From an uncultured Pelagibacteraceae bacterium (GTDB lineage Bacteria; Pseudomonadota; Alphaproteobacteria; Pelagibacterales; Pelagibacteraceae): 64,000 nucleotides of DNA. The stretch lies in assembly GCA_902558815.1 (NCBI GenBank), contig CACEFF010000004.1, positions 25,798-89,797 on the forward strand, given 5' to 3'. Each line of letters opens with the position of its first letter. Within the stretch, counting starts at the first letter, position 1. The notes under the pieces are model-generated. The model was not told where the DNA came from, searched no databases, and saw nothing but the letters and a program-made list of their open reading frames with translations. Positions 19,872-29,005 of the stretch are shown in pieces. Both the position numbers and the translations under genes were made by a program.

Positions 19872-20963
19872 TTAATTTTTAAGCTTTTTATTTCTTTCAA
19901 CAAATTTTTCTACATTTTCTGTTTGAACAGCTTTCTCAACCTGCTCGGGATCTTTTATATTTTCTAGAGTTCTATTAATTGATCTTGCATCAGTACCAAA
20001 CTTGTCAACTACAGTCATGGCTTCTTCTAATTTTTTCCTAAGTGTAATTATATTATCAAAATGTTTTCCAAATCTTGTGGTGATAGTTTTGAGATGATTG
20101 TATATTTCTGTAGCTCCTTTTTGAACTTTCAGTGATTGAAATCCCATATGTAAAGATTGCAAATAAGCTGAGAGAGTATTAGGGCCACAAATTACTATCT
20201 TATATTTTTTCATTAATTCTTGAGTTAAAAGTTCTTTGGTGCTTGGATCTTGATATTCAGTTAATTCTTTATAAAGACTTTCCGTTGGTGCATAAACTAT
20301 TGCAAAATCTGTTGATTTAGGCGGAACTATATATTTTTCCATCACACTTTTAGCTTTGGCCTTAAAAGCACTTGCTAATTTTGCTCTGGCATCAGCAACT
20401 TCTCTTTTATCATCAGCTTCATGTGCATCAGTAATTGCTTTAAATTTTTCCAAAGGAAAATGAGAATCTACTGGAACTAAAACATCTCCTTGAAGTTTAA
20501 TTGCAAATTCTACATTTTCACTTGTATCTTCTTTCATTTTAACATTCGTCATGAATTGAGATGCAGGCAATAAATCCTTAATTAAAGCATCAAGTGAATA
20601 CTCTGCTAATGTTCCATATTTTTTAACACCTGCTAAAATTTTAGTAATGCCCTCCTGGCTTTGATTTAGTAATTGTACCTGTTGATTAAAATTACCGACC
20701 TTCTCATCAACTTTTGTTAAAGCTTCGGTCATATCCTTTGTAACCCCAGTTGATAAAGTATTGAAGGAAGTCGACATAGTGCCAAGCGAAGTATTGATAG
20801 TATTATTTAAGGTATCTTTTAATGTAACTATTTCAGTTTTTAAGTTGGCTATTTCCTCTGACTCTTTATTTTCTAACTTGGTTTTAGATCTGATATTCAA
20901 ATACAAAATAGCCAAGGTCATACCTAACAAAGAAACTAAAATAATTAATAAAACAGTGTCCAT
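19872..20963 (-). CDS. rmuC: DNA recombination protein RmuC
   Basis: N-terminal TM helix, coiled coil, G.LAE..L, VPVDSHFP, KYIVPP..TDFA..Y.PTESLY, GPNTL. Confidence 0.9.
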   Translation of the reverse strand: MDTVLLIILVSLLGMTLAILYLNIRSKTKLENKESEEIANLKTEIVTLKDTLNNTINTSLGTMSTSFNTLSTGVTKDMTEALTKVDEKVGNFNQQVQLLNQSQEGITKILAGVKKYGTLAEYSLDALIKDLLPASQFMTNVKMKEDTSENVEFAIKLQGDVLVPVDSHFPLEKFKAITDAHEADDKREVADARAKLASAFKAKAKSVMEKYIVPPKSTDFAIVYAPTESLYKELTEYQDPSTKELLTQELMKKYKIVICGPNTLSAYLQSLHMGFQSLKVQKGATEIYNHLKTITTRFGKHFDNIITLRKKLEEAMTVVDKFGTDARSINRTLENIKDPEQVEKAVQTENVEKFVERNKKLKN

Positions 20964-20993
20964 GATTCGTAATCTGTATTATAAAGGTTTTTA

Positions 20994-21125
20994 ATGGAAT
21001 TATATCTTATTTTGAAAATTATATTTATAGTAGCCGTTTTGATAGCTCTTTACGCAATATTCATAAATTTAGATATTATCAAAATAATCCTTATTTATTT
21101 TAAAGATAAATTACTTGGCAAGTAA
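20994..21125 (+). CDS. Putative 43-aa small membrane protein
   Basis: Manual translation MELYLILKIIFIVAVLIALYAIFINLDIIKIILIYFKDKLLGK; AAAGG upstream; fills the rmuC-hisG gap. Confidence 0.45.
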   Translation: MELYLILKIIFIVAVLIALYAIFINLDIIKIILIYFKDKLLGK

Positions 21126-21797
21126 ATTAACTAAAGTTTTTAGACCTTTTTTTTTTAGGTTTTTTTTTGAAGTAAAAATACATGCTTGGGATTTTAAAAT
21201 CTCACCATCTTTTAAAATACGTAGATTATTACTTTTAATAGTCTCGCCAGTGGAACTGATATCAGTAATTAAATTTGCAGAGCCTGTAAAAGGATAGGCC
21301 TCAGTAGCACCCAAACTTTCAACTAATTGAAATTGTGTTACACCCTTTGAAAACAAGAATTCTTTAGTTAAGTTTGGATATTTAGTTGCAACTCTTAATT
21401 TTTTTTTCTTTTTATCTCGAAACTCAAATGCAATTTCTTCTAAATCTGCAACTGTCTGAACATCAATCCATGGATCTGGAATAGCGACAACTAGGGTTGC
21501 TTTTCCAAATTCATACTTTTTAACTAAGTTAATTTTTTTTTGAATATTAATCTCTCCTTCTTTAAGCAAATCTAAACCCGAAAAACCCACATCTAAAGAA
21601 CCATCGCCTAATCTTTGAATAATTTCTCTTGCATGCAAATAAAGAATTTTAATGTTTGATTTACTTTTAATAGTACCAATTAATTCCCTTTCACCTCGTT
21701 CAGAAATTAATCTTAATTTTTTCTTTTTAAAGATGTTTAAAACATCTTTTCTTAGTCTGCCTTTACTGGGAATTCCAACATTAATTATATTCTTCAT
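21111..21797 (-). CDS. hisG: ATP phosphoribosyltransferase (short form)
   Basis: GIPSKGRL, VATKYP, GATEA.P, DISSTGET. Confidence 0.95.
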   Translation of the reverse strand: MKNIINVGIPSKGRLRKDVLNIFKKKKLRLISERGERELIGTIKSKSNIKILYLHAREIIQRLGDGSLDVGFSGLDLLKEGEINIQKKINLVKKYEFGKATLVVAIPDPWIDVQTVADLEEIAFEFRDKKKKKLRVATKYPNLTKEFLFSKGVTQFQLVESLGATEAYPFTGSANLITDISSTGETIKSNNLRILKDGEILKSQACIFTSKKNLKKKGLKTLVNLLAK

Positions 21798-21798
21798 T

Positions 21799-22851
21799 TT
21801 AATAATTTAAATTTAAAGCAGCTCCTACTGCTGATATTTGTTTTTTTGAACCTAAGTCAGAAATTAACTGATCATATCTTCCACCATTGATTATATTTTT
21901 TACTTTTTTATTTGATTTGATATCAATCTTAAAAACCATCCCTGTATAATATTCAAGTTGTCTTCCAAAAGAAGTTGAAAAAACCACATTAAGTTTTGAA
22001 ATTTTTTTAACCGAGGTTGGAAAATATCTTTGTTCTACTACTAAATTTATTTGATATTTTTTGAAGAATCTATTTAACACATCTGCAGTTTTATTAATTG
22101 GACATTTAATCTTTAAAAACTCTTTAATTATTTTTGATACATTTCTTCCTTTGCTTGGAAGTCTTGGATCTTTTATCTTTTTATCAAACCGCTTTAAGAT
22201 TTCCTCAATTGATCTTTCAGCAACGATTGAATTCTTGTCACCTTTAAGCATTTTTAAATAACGTTTTTTATCTATTTCAACAATGGTTGGGTCAACATCA
22301 GAGTTTGTTTCTAACCTTTTTAACAAATCATTAAAATAGTCTTCTCTCCAAAAATGTCTTGATAATCTTAATCTCCATCTAGTTGGGATATCTAGTTTAG
22401 ATATTAAAAGTTTAAATATTTCAACATTCCCTAATGTTAAAGTGCCTGATTTATATTTTAAATTTTTTAAAGAATTTAAAGAAGTGTTAATAATTTCTTT
22501 ATCATCATTTTTTTCATCTTTAGAACCAATGATTTCAAATCCAATTTGATTTCTAATTATAGAGTCTTTTCTATTTTGAGATTTCCTATAAGCTTGACCA
22601 CTATAAAATATTTTTTCTTTTCCTCTTAAATTATTTTCTAAATATCTTAGACATGAGACTATTGTTAAATCAGGACGTAAACATAGCTCTTTTCCATTTT
22701 GATCAATAAATGAAAAAATAAACTTTCTAAAATTTTCGCCGGATCTTTGAACAATATGATTTGTTTCAATTACCGATGGTAATTCTATATACTTAAATCC
22801 TTTGCTTTTAACAGTTTTAAGGATTTTTTCAGATAAGTTTTTTGATTTCAT
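21799..22851 (-). CDS. hisZ: ATP phosphoribosyltransferase regulatory subunit
   Basis: LRPDLT, QIGFE, YYTGMVF, GGRYD; lies between hisS and hisG. Confidence 0.9.
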   Translation of the reverse strand: MKSKNLSEKILKTVKSKGFKYIELPSVIETNHIVQRSGENFRKFIFSFIDQNGKELCLRPDLTIVSCLRYLENNLRGKEKIFYSGQAYRKSQNRKDSIIRNQIGFEIIGSKDEKNDDKEIINTSLNSLKNLKYKSGTLTLGNVEIFKLLISKLDIPTRWRLRLSRHFWREDYFNDLLKRLETNSDVDPTIVEIDKKRYLKMLKGDKNSIVAERSIEEILKRFDKKIKDPRLPSKGRNVSKIIKEFLKIKCPINKTADVLNRFFKKYQINLVVEQRYFPTSVKKISKLNVVFSTSFGRQLEYYTGMVFKIDIKSNKKVKNIINGGRYDQLISDLGSKKQISAVGAALNLNY

Positions 22852-24223
22852 TTATTAAATTTGATTTAGGAATTGTTTGGCTATTTTCACCCTTAACACC
22901 TTTAAGATTTTTAATAGTAATAGTGCTGTCAGTAAATTCATTTTCTCCACAAATAATCGCAACAGCTAATTCACGCTTATTTGCTAAATCAAGCTGCTTT
23001 CCCAGGTTTTTTTTAGTACTTAAAAATACTTCAGCGTTAATATTATTTTCTCTTAATAAATCGACAATCTCATAATAATTCTTTAAATATTTTTGGTCCA
23101 TTACACAAACTAAAACTGGTTTTTGATCTTTTGTTTTAATTTGATTAAGTTGCATTAATGCAAATAGTAATCGATCAACTCCAAAACTAATTCCTGTTCC
23201 AGGAACATCAACTCCTCTAAACCTTGAGATAAGCTTAGCATAGGCTCCTCCTGAACATACACTGCCAATATCAACCTCTTTACCTTTGTTGTTTGTAACT
23301 TTAAAATTTAAGTTAGTTTCTAAAATAAAATCAGAATAATAAGCTAACCCCCTTACAATTGTAAAATTAGATTTAACTTGCTTCAAATTAGATCCATAAC
23401 CAAGTATCTCAAAAACATCCTCTAATTCTTTAATACCTTCTTGGGATAATGGGTTTTTTAAACTTTGTTTTAATTCTTTTAAATCTTTTATTTTTAAAAA
23501 ATTTAATATTTGTGTTACTTGTTCATTGCCTAAATTAGCTCCCTTAGTGATAGCTCCACTTTGATCTTTTCTTTCTTTTTTAAGTAAATCTTCAACTCCT
23601 TTTAAACCAAATCCTGGTTTATCAAGTTTATCTATTGCTCTAATGACTTTAATTTTTTTTTCTTCAGATATCTTTAAATCATCAATTAAACCCTGAACTA
23701 TTTTTCTATTACTTATATTAATTGTAAATTGATCCTTTTTTAAACCACAATCTGAAAGAGTGCTTGATATTAAATTACAGAGCTCTGCATTTGCTTGAGC
23801 AGGATTAACATTACCAACAATATCAAAATCTGCTTGCATAAATTCTCTATATCGACCATTTCCAGCTTTTTCATTTCTAAATACATTTTGAATTTGATAT
23901 CGTTTAAAGATTGATGGAAGGTCTTGATTGTTTTGAGCATAAAATCTTGCAAGTGGGCTGGAAAGATCATAACGAAGAGTTATGTTTTTTTCTCCGTCTT
24001 CGAATGAAAATACATCAGACATAGGATTAGCTTCATCTTCTGCCAAAAAAGATCCAATATTTTCTGCAATTTCGAACGAAGGAGTTTCGAGAGCTTCTGC
24101 TCCAAATTTAATAAAATTTTTCTCAATAGCTTTTAAAAGCTTTTTTTTAAGAAGAACTTTTTTCCCCCAACGATCTTCAAATCCTGAAGGTAATCCAGGA
24201 ACTAATTTATTTTCTTTATTCAT
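22829..24223 (-). CDS. hisS: Histidine-tRNA ligase
   Basis: LPSGFED, LRYDL, FRNEK..GRYREF.Q.D, VRGLAYY, SFGVDRL. Start moved to MNKENK at 24223 because the upstream in-frame extension is the tRNA-His gene. Confidence 0.95.
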   Translation of the reverse strand: MNKENKLVPGLPSGFEDRWGKKVLLKKKLLKAIEKNFIKFGAEALETPSFEIAENIGSFLAEDEANPMSDVFSFEDGEKNITLRYDLSSPLARFYAQNNQDLPSIFKRYQIQNVFRNEKAGNGRYREFMQADFDIVGNVNPAQANAELCNLISSTLSDCGLKKDQFTINISNRKIVQGLIDDLKISEEKKIKVIRAIDKLDKPGFGLKGVEDLLKKERKDQSGAITKGANLGNEQVTQILNFLKIKDLKELKQSLKNPLSQEGIKELEDVFEILGYGSNLKQVKSNFTIVRGLAYYSDFILETNLNFKVTNNKGKEVDIGSVCSGGAYAKLISRFRGVDVPGTGISFGVDRLLFALMQLNQIKTKDQKPVLVCVMDQKYLKNYYEIVDLLRENNINAEVFLSTKKNLGKQLDLANKRELAVAIICGENEFTDSTITIKNLKGVKGENSQTIPKSNLINEIKKLI

Positions 24224-24227
24224 TTTT

Positions 24228-24302
24228 TGGTACCCGGGCTGAGAATCGAACTCAAACTTAAAGTTCCACAAACTTTCGTGCTAACCGTTACACCACCCAG
24301 GC
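24228..24302 (-). tRNA. tRNA-His (GTG)
   Basis: GCCTGGG/CCCGGGT acceptor stem, AAAGT-TTGTGGA-ACTTT anticodon arm, TTCGATT T-loop, encoded CCA. Confidence 0.95.
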
Positions 24303-24468
24303 ATCCCTTGTTTTTATATTATTTTTATGTGGATTAAAATTATATTATAAATAAATAGCCTATAGGCTATGGAAACAAATTTTATGTAATCTGTTTAAAA
24401 CTATTTTGTTTGTTAAATTTATAATCATGAGGGTCTTTTTAGTCAAAAATTAAGATTATTCAACCCAT

Positions 24469-24512
24469 AAAAGAAAAGGACGCCTTACTAATTACAAGAA
24501 AAACGTCCCTTA
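24469..24512 (-). terminator. Probable intrinsic terminator after the cold-shock gene
   Basis: Minus strand AAGGGACG...CGTCCTTT stem followed by TCTTTT. Confidence 0.55.
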
Positions 24513-24524
24513 AAAATTTTATAA

Positions 24525-24737
24525 CTAGTCTATTTTTTTTAAATTTACAGCTGAAGGGCCTTTTGGACCATCTTCAAGAGTAAACTCTAACTTGTCCCCT
24601 TCATTAAGATATCTCATGCCCCCAGTTTTAACTGCACTTGCATGAACAAACACATCTTTTTCTTTGTCTTCTCTTTCAATAAAGCCAAAACCCTTTTTTC
24701 CGTTAAACCATTTAACAGTTCCTTTTAATGTACTCAT
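24525..24737 (-). CDS. Cold-shock domain protein (CspA family)
   Basis: GTVKWFN..KGFGFI, DVFVH, GPKGPSAVN. Confidence 0.95.
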   Translation of the reverse strand: MSTLKGTVKWFNGKKGFGFIEREDKEKDVFVHASAVKTGGMRYLNEGDKLEFTLEDGPKGPSAVNLKKID

Positions 24738-24813
24738 CTTATTTCTTAGTCCTTTGTTTTATTTATTATGTATTAAAGTTAATTTCTTTTTTGCGAATTT
24801 CAAGATGTTTTGG

Positions 24814-24888
24814 TGGTGCCTCGGGAAGGATTCGCACCTCCGACACAAGCCTTTTCAGGGCTCTGCTCTACTCCTGAGCTACCGAGGC
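24814..24888 (-). tRNA. tRNA-Phe (GAA)
   Basis: GCCTCGG/CCGAGGC acceptor stem, GAGCC-CTGAAAA-GGCTT anticodon arm, variant T-loop TGCGAAT, encoded CCA. Confidence 0.92.
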
Positions 24889-24894
24889 AAAAAT

Positions 24895-25110
24895 TTAACC
24901 TCTAAAGATTATTCTGCCTTTTGTAAGGTCATAAGGTGTCATTTCTACTGTCACATTATCACCTTGTAATACTCTAATTCTATTTTTTCTTAACTTGCCT
25001 GCTGTATGAGCTGTTACTATATGGCCATTTTCCAACTGTACTCTAAACATAGCATTAGGCAATAAATCGGTTACTTTACCTTTAAATTCAAGTAAATCTT
25101 GTTTTGACAA
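24895..25110 (-). CDS. infA: Translation initiation factor IF-1
   Basis: [40 protein letters not shown]. Confidence 0.97.
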   Translation of the reverse strand: MSKQDLLEFKGKVTDLLPNAMFRVQLENGHIVTAHTAGKLRKNRIRVLQGDNVTVEMTPYDLTKGRIIFRG

Positions 25111-25112
25111 AT

Positions 25113-26396
25113 TTATTTTCTCCTAATTCTTTTTTTTACAGATTCAGCATGTCCTGCTAACCCCTCATAATTTGCAAGAGTTATAACTGATGGTCCAAGA
25201 CTTTCAATACCCTTTTTTGATAAGTTTATGTATGAAATTCTTTTATAAAATTCATTAACACTTATTCCACTAGAATATTTTGCAGAACCATTAGTTGGTA
25301 ATATATGGTTTGATCCAGCGTTATAATCCGTCATTGCCATAATAGCAAATTTTCCTAAACAAATTGAACCTGCATTTTTAATTTCAGAAATAACTGATTT
25401 ATAATTTTTAATATTTAATTCTAAATGTTCAGGCGCAATTTTATTAATAACATCTATAATTTTTTTATCTGAATTAACATGAATTAAAATTCCATTAGTT
25501 TCTAAACTTTTTTTTGCTATATTGGCTCTTGGAATTTCATTTATCTGTTTAGAAATTTCTAATTTAACTCTTTGAATCAATCTTTTATCTTTTGTAATTA
25601 GTATACATTGTGCAAGATTATCATGCTCAGCTTGGCCAATAAGATCACTTGCTATCCATTCAGGATTTGAAAATTTATCACATACTATTGTAACTTCAGA
25701 AGGTCCTGCTGTCATTCCTTCAATTCCAACATCTCCAAAAACTTCTTTTTTAGCAGCAGCCACATAAGCATTACCTGGACCAACAATTTTATTAACTTTT
25801 TTAATTTTTTTTGTTCCATATGCTGCAGCAGCAATCGCTGCTGGTCCTCCTATAGAATAAATTTCTTTTATATTACATTTCTTAGCAGCATATAAAACTG
25901 CAGGGTTTTGTTTGCCCCTATATCCTGGGTTTATCATTATTATTCTTTTTACTCCTGCTACTATTGCAGGGATAGCGTTCATTAGAACACTGGATGGGTA
26001 TGATGCAGTTGAACCAGGAACATAAATTGCAACTGAGTCTAAAGGTAGATATTTATACTCAAGTTTATTTTTAAACTTATCGACATATGAAATATTTTTA
26101 AATTTTTGAAGAGAATGAAATTTATAAATTCTAGAATAAGCTAAATCTATTGATTTTTTTACTTTATTATCCAAAGATCTTATTGATTTAGAAATCAATT
26201 GAGAATTAGGTGTAATGATTTTGTTATGATTAAATCTTTTTTCATATTTTAAAATCGCTTTGTCTTTATTCTTTTTTACATCTCTAATTATATTTGAAAC
26301 TTTCACTAAATTAGATTGAATTTTATTTTTTCTAACCTCGAGTAAATTTTCTAATATCTTGTCAAAATTTCTATTTTTACTATTTAGTGTTTTCAT
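25113..26396 (-). CDS. hisD: Histidinol dehydrogenase
   Basis: [32 protein letters not shown]. Confidence 0.96.
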   Translation of the reverse strand: MKTLNSKNRNFDKILENLLEVRKNKIQSNLVKVSNIIRDVKKNKDKAILKYEKRFNHNKIITPNSQLISKSIRSLDNKVKKSIDLAYSRIYKFHSLQKFKNISYVDKFKNKLEYKYLPLDSVAIYVPGSTASYPSSVLMNAIPAIVAGVKRIIMINPGYRGKQNPAVLYAAKKCNIKEIYSIGGPAAIAAAAYGTKKIKKVNKIVGPGNAYVAAAKKEVFGDVGIEGMTAGPSEVTIVCDKFSNPEWIASDLIGQAEHDNLAQCILITKDKRLIQRVKLEISKQINEIPRANIAKKSLETNGILIHVNSDKKIIDVINKIAPEHLELNIKNYKSVISEIKNAGSICLGKFAIMAMTDYNAGSNHILPTNGSAKYSSGISVNEFYKRISYINLSKKGIESLGPSVITLANYEGLAGHAESVKKRIRRK

Positions 26397-26794
26397 TATT
26401 CTTTAATATTGTTTTGATCTTCAAGCCTTACTTCAATTGCTTCGGTAGTCAAAGCAATGTGAGCATTATTTTTAAAAATTAAGTTTATCTCATAGTTATT
26501 TTTATTTTTCATATAATCAATAGCAATTAATTCTAAAATTAATTTATCGTCTTTTTGATCAATATTTTTTGATTTTACTTTATCAACAAAATCAAACCTG
26601 CAAATACTATTGATAATCTTATCTTTTTGATCCTCTTCTAATTTGGTTCGTTCAATTGATATTAAAAAAACTTTATTTGATCCTAAATATTTGATATCCG
26701 ATACTTTTACTTTTGCTCCTGAACTATAAGCAGAAATCATTTGTAAGCCTTGGTTATCAGTTGCAATTATCTGTGCTAAGTATTTCTTGTCCAT
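26396..26794 (-). CDS. DUF2948 family protein
   Basis: A.D..GLQ.ISA...A.VK..DI, EAIEV.L.D; usual position between murA and hisD in alphaproteobacteria. Confidence 0.75.
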   Translation of the reverse strand: MDKKYLAQIIATDNQGLQMISAYSSGAKVKVSDIKYLGSNKVFLISIERTKLEEDQKDKIINSICRFDFVDKVKSKNIDQKDDKLILELIAIDYMKNKNNYEINLIFKNNAHIALTTEAIEVRLEDQNNIKE

Positions 26795-28047
26795 TAGTTT
26801 AATCTTCTTATTCTTGCTCCAACTTTCTTTAATTTTTTTTCTAAACTCTCATAACCTCTGTCTAAATGATAAATTCTATTAATTTGAGATTTTCCTTTAG
26901 CCGCTAATGCTGCTAATACAAGTGAAACAGAAGCCCGTAAATCTGTTGCCATTAATTCTGCTGCTTCAAATTTCGTATTTCCATTAATTAAAGCTTTATT
27001 TCCACTTATTGAAATTTTAGCTCCCATTCGATTCAATTCAGCTACGTGCATAAATCTATTTTCAAAAATATCTTCTCTAATCAATGACTTTTTATTTGCT
27101 TTACACAATAATACCATAATTTGCGCTTGCAAGTCTGTTGGAAATCCTGGATAAGGCGCCGTCTTAATATTTATATTCTTTATTTTTTTATTTCCAACAA
27201 TCTTTATTTCATTTTTTTTTGTTGTTATTTTAGCCCCAATTTTTCTTAAAACATTTATTTCAGTCTGAAGAATGTATGGGATAACATTTTTAATTTTTAG
27301 ATTTCCCTCAGTAATTGCTGCTGCAACAAGATATGTGCCTGCTTCAATCCTATCAAACATTATAGAATGAATAGCTTCTTTAGATTGATTTATACCGATA
27401 ATTTGGATTGTACGCTTTGATATCCATTTTAGATTACACCCCATTTTGATTAAAAAATTAACTAAATCTTTTATCTCTGGTTCAATTGCACAATTACTTA
27501 AAATAGTTGTCCCTTTAGCGAGTGTTGAAGCTATTATTAAATTTTCTGTTGCCCCCACAGAAATCTTTGGAAAATTAATCTTTGAACCAATTAATCCTTT
27601 TGGTGCAAATGCATGCACATAGCCTTGAATAATTTTATATTTAACCCCAAGTTTTGATAAAGCTTTAAGATGAATATCAACAGGTCTTGTTCCAATTGAG
27701 CAACCTCCAGGAAGAGAAACTTTAGCATATCCAAATTTTGCAAGTAAAGGTCCAAGTACTAATATTCCTGCGCGCATTGTTTTAACTAAATTATATGATG
27801 CAAAATTTTTATTTTGCTTGGAATTATCAATAATCAATTTTCTTTTATTAAATTTAATCATTGATCCTAAAGATTTTAGTAAGTTAATCATAGTTTCTAT
27901 ATCTTTGACTTTTGGCAAATTATTCAAAAAAACTTTTTTTTTTGATAATAGGGTCGCTGCCAGAATAGGTAAGGAAGCATTCTTTGAGCCTGAAATATTT
28001 ATTTGTCCTTTGAGCCTAATTGCTCCAAAGACTTCTAATTTTTGCAT
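26794..28047 (-). CDS. murA: UDP-N-acetylglucosamine 1-carboxyvinyltransferase
   Basis: SGSKNA, LPGGCSIG.RP, PGFPTDLQ, FENRFMH, DLRAS. Confidence 0.97.
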   Translation of the reverse strand: MQKLEVFGAIRLKGQINISGSKNASLPILAATLLSKKKVFLNNLPKVKDIETMINLLKSLGSMIKFNKRKLIIDNSKQNKNFASYNLVKTMRAGILVLGPLLAKFGYAKVSLPGGCSIGTRPVDIHLKALSKLGVKYKIIQGYVHAFAPKGLIGSKINFPKISVGATENLIIASTLAKGTTILSNCAIEPEIKDLVNFLIKMGCNLKWISKRTIQIIGINQSKEAIHSIMFDRIEAGTYLVAAAITEGNLKIKNVIPYILQTEINVLRKIGAKITTKKNEIKIVGNKKIKNINIKTAPYPGFPTDLQAQIMVLLCKANKKSLIREDIFENRFMHVAELNRMGAKISISGNKALINGNTKFEAAELMATDLRASVSLVLAALAAKGKSQINRIYHLDRGYESLEKKLKKVGARIRRLN

Positions 28048-28049
28048 GA

Positions 28050-28604
28050 TTACACTTTTGGTAAAGTTACACCTGTTTGCCCCATATATTTACCATTACG
28101 ATCAGAATAAGTTACTTGAGGTTTTTCGTTTCCTTTTAGAAAGATAAATTGAGCAACACCTTCGTTTGCATAAATTTTTGCTGGAAGTGGAGTTGTGTTT
28201 GAAAATTCAAGAGTTACGTATCCTTCCCACCCTGGCTCTAGCGGTGTAACATTTACTATAATCCCACATCTTGCATATGTTGATTTTCCTAAACAAATTA
28301 CTAAAACATCATTCGGAATTTTAAACTTTTCAATTGTTCTAGCCAGTACAAATGAATTTGGTGGAATAATACATTCCGAAGTATTTTTTGTAACAAAATT
28401 TGTTGGTTTAAAATTTTTAGGATCTACAATTTCAGAATTAACATTTGTGAAAATCTTAAATTCATCAGATACTCTTGCATCATAACCAAATGAAGATAAG
28501 CCATAAGATATGCTCTTACCCCTTACTTGTTTTTCCTCAAAAGGTGAAATCATATCTTGCTCTAGAGACATTTTTTTTATCCACTGATCAGAAAGGACTG
28601 GCAT
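28050..28604 (-). CDS. dcd: dCTP deaminase
   Basis: [28 protein letters not shown]. Confidence 0.96.
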   Translation of the reverse strand: MPVLSDQWIKKMSLEQDMISPFEEKQVRGKSISYGLSSFGYDARVSDEFKIFTNVNSEIVDPKNFKPTNFVTKNTSECIIPPNSFVLARTIEKFKIPNDVLVICLGKSTYARCGIIVNVTPLEPGWEGYVTLEFSNTTPLPAKIYANEGVAQFIFLKGNEKPQVTYSDRNGKYMGQTGVTLPKV

Positions 28605-28705
28605 TATTTAGTTTTCTTCTTATTCCTTTTTTTAAATAATCTTCTTTTTTTTAAATTTTTTCTTAAAGCTAAACTTAATCGCTCATTTTTATTAATTTTA
28701 CTCAT
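28604..28705 (-). CDS. 33-aa small basic protein
   Basis: Manual translation [33 protein letters not shown]; start overlaps the upstream stop (ATGA) and stop overlaps the dcd start (TAATG). Confidence 0.7.
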   Translation of the reverse strand: MSKINKNERLSLALRKNLKKRRLFKKRNKKKTK

Positions 28706-28905
28706 TCTTTATTTGGATTTGTAAGAAAATCTAGAGTTATTGGTTTTGATGTATCTAAAACTTCTTTTGATTTATTGTCATCTTTTTTTGGACCCTCTTT
28801 AGCTAAACGTTTAGCTTTTTTTTCAGCAAGTTTTTTTTCTCTTTTAGCTTGCTTTTCCATAAGCTTTGCGCCTTTTGTAGATTTATAATCGTAATGAATG
28901 CCCAT
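28702..28905 (-). CDS. Hypothetical 67-aa Lys-rich protein
   Basis: ORF preceded by an SD-like TAAGGAA; first gene of the dcd-murA run. Confidence 0.7.
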   Translation of the reverse strand: MGIHYDYKSTKGAKLMEKQAKREKKLAEKKAKRLAKEGPKKDDNKSKEVLDTSKPITLDFLTNPNKE

Positions 28906-29005
28906 AAAAATTCCTTAGATAGATATAAATCATATTTTTCAAAAAATTAAGGCAATAATTTGAAAAAAATGCTTTATAGTCAATAATTTACTGTTTCTTA
29001 TAAAT

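Noticed and set aside
19835-19903. N-terminal extension of the PD-(D/E)XK nuclease
   Set aside because: Overlaps the rmuC 3' end from a TTG start; the ATG at 19834 is more plausible.
24224-24271. N-terminal extension of HisS (MWNFKFEFDSQPGYQK) in the ORF track
   Set aside because: It is a read-through of the tRNA-His gene; HisRS similarity begins at MNKENK.
24811-24816. CCACCA at the tRNA-Phe 3' end as a degradation tag
   Set aside because: It is genome-encoded, removable by normal 3' trimming, and the acceptor stem is perfectly paired.
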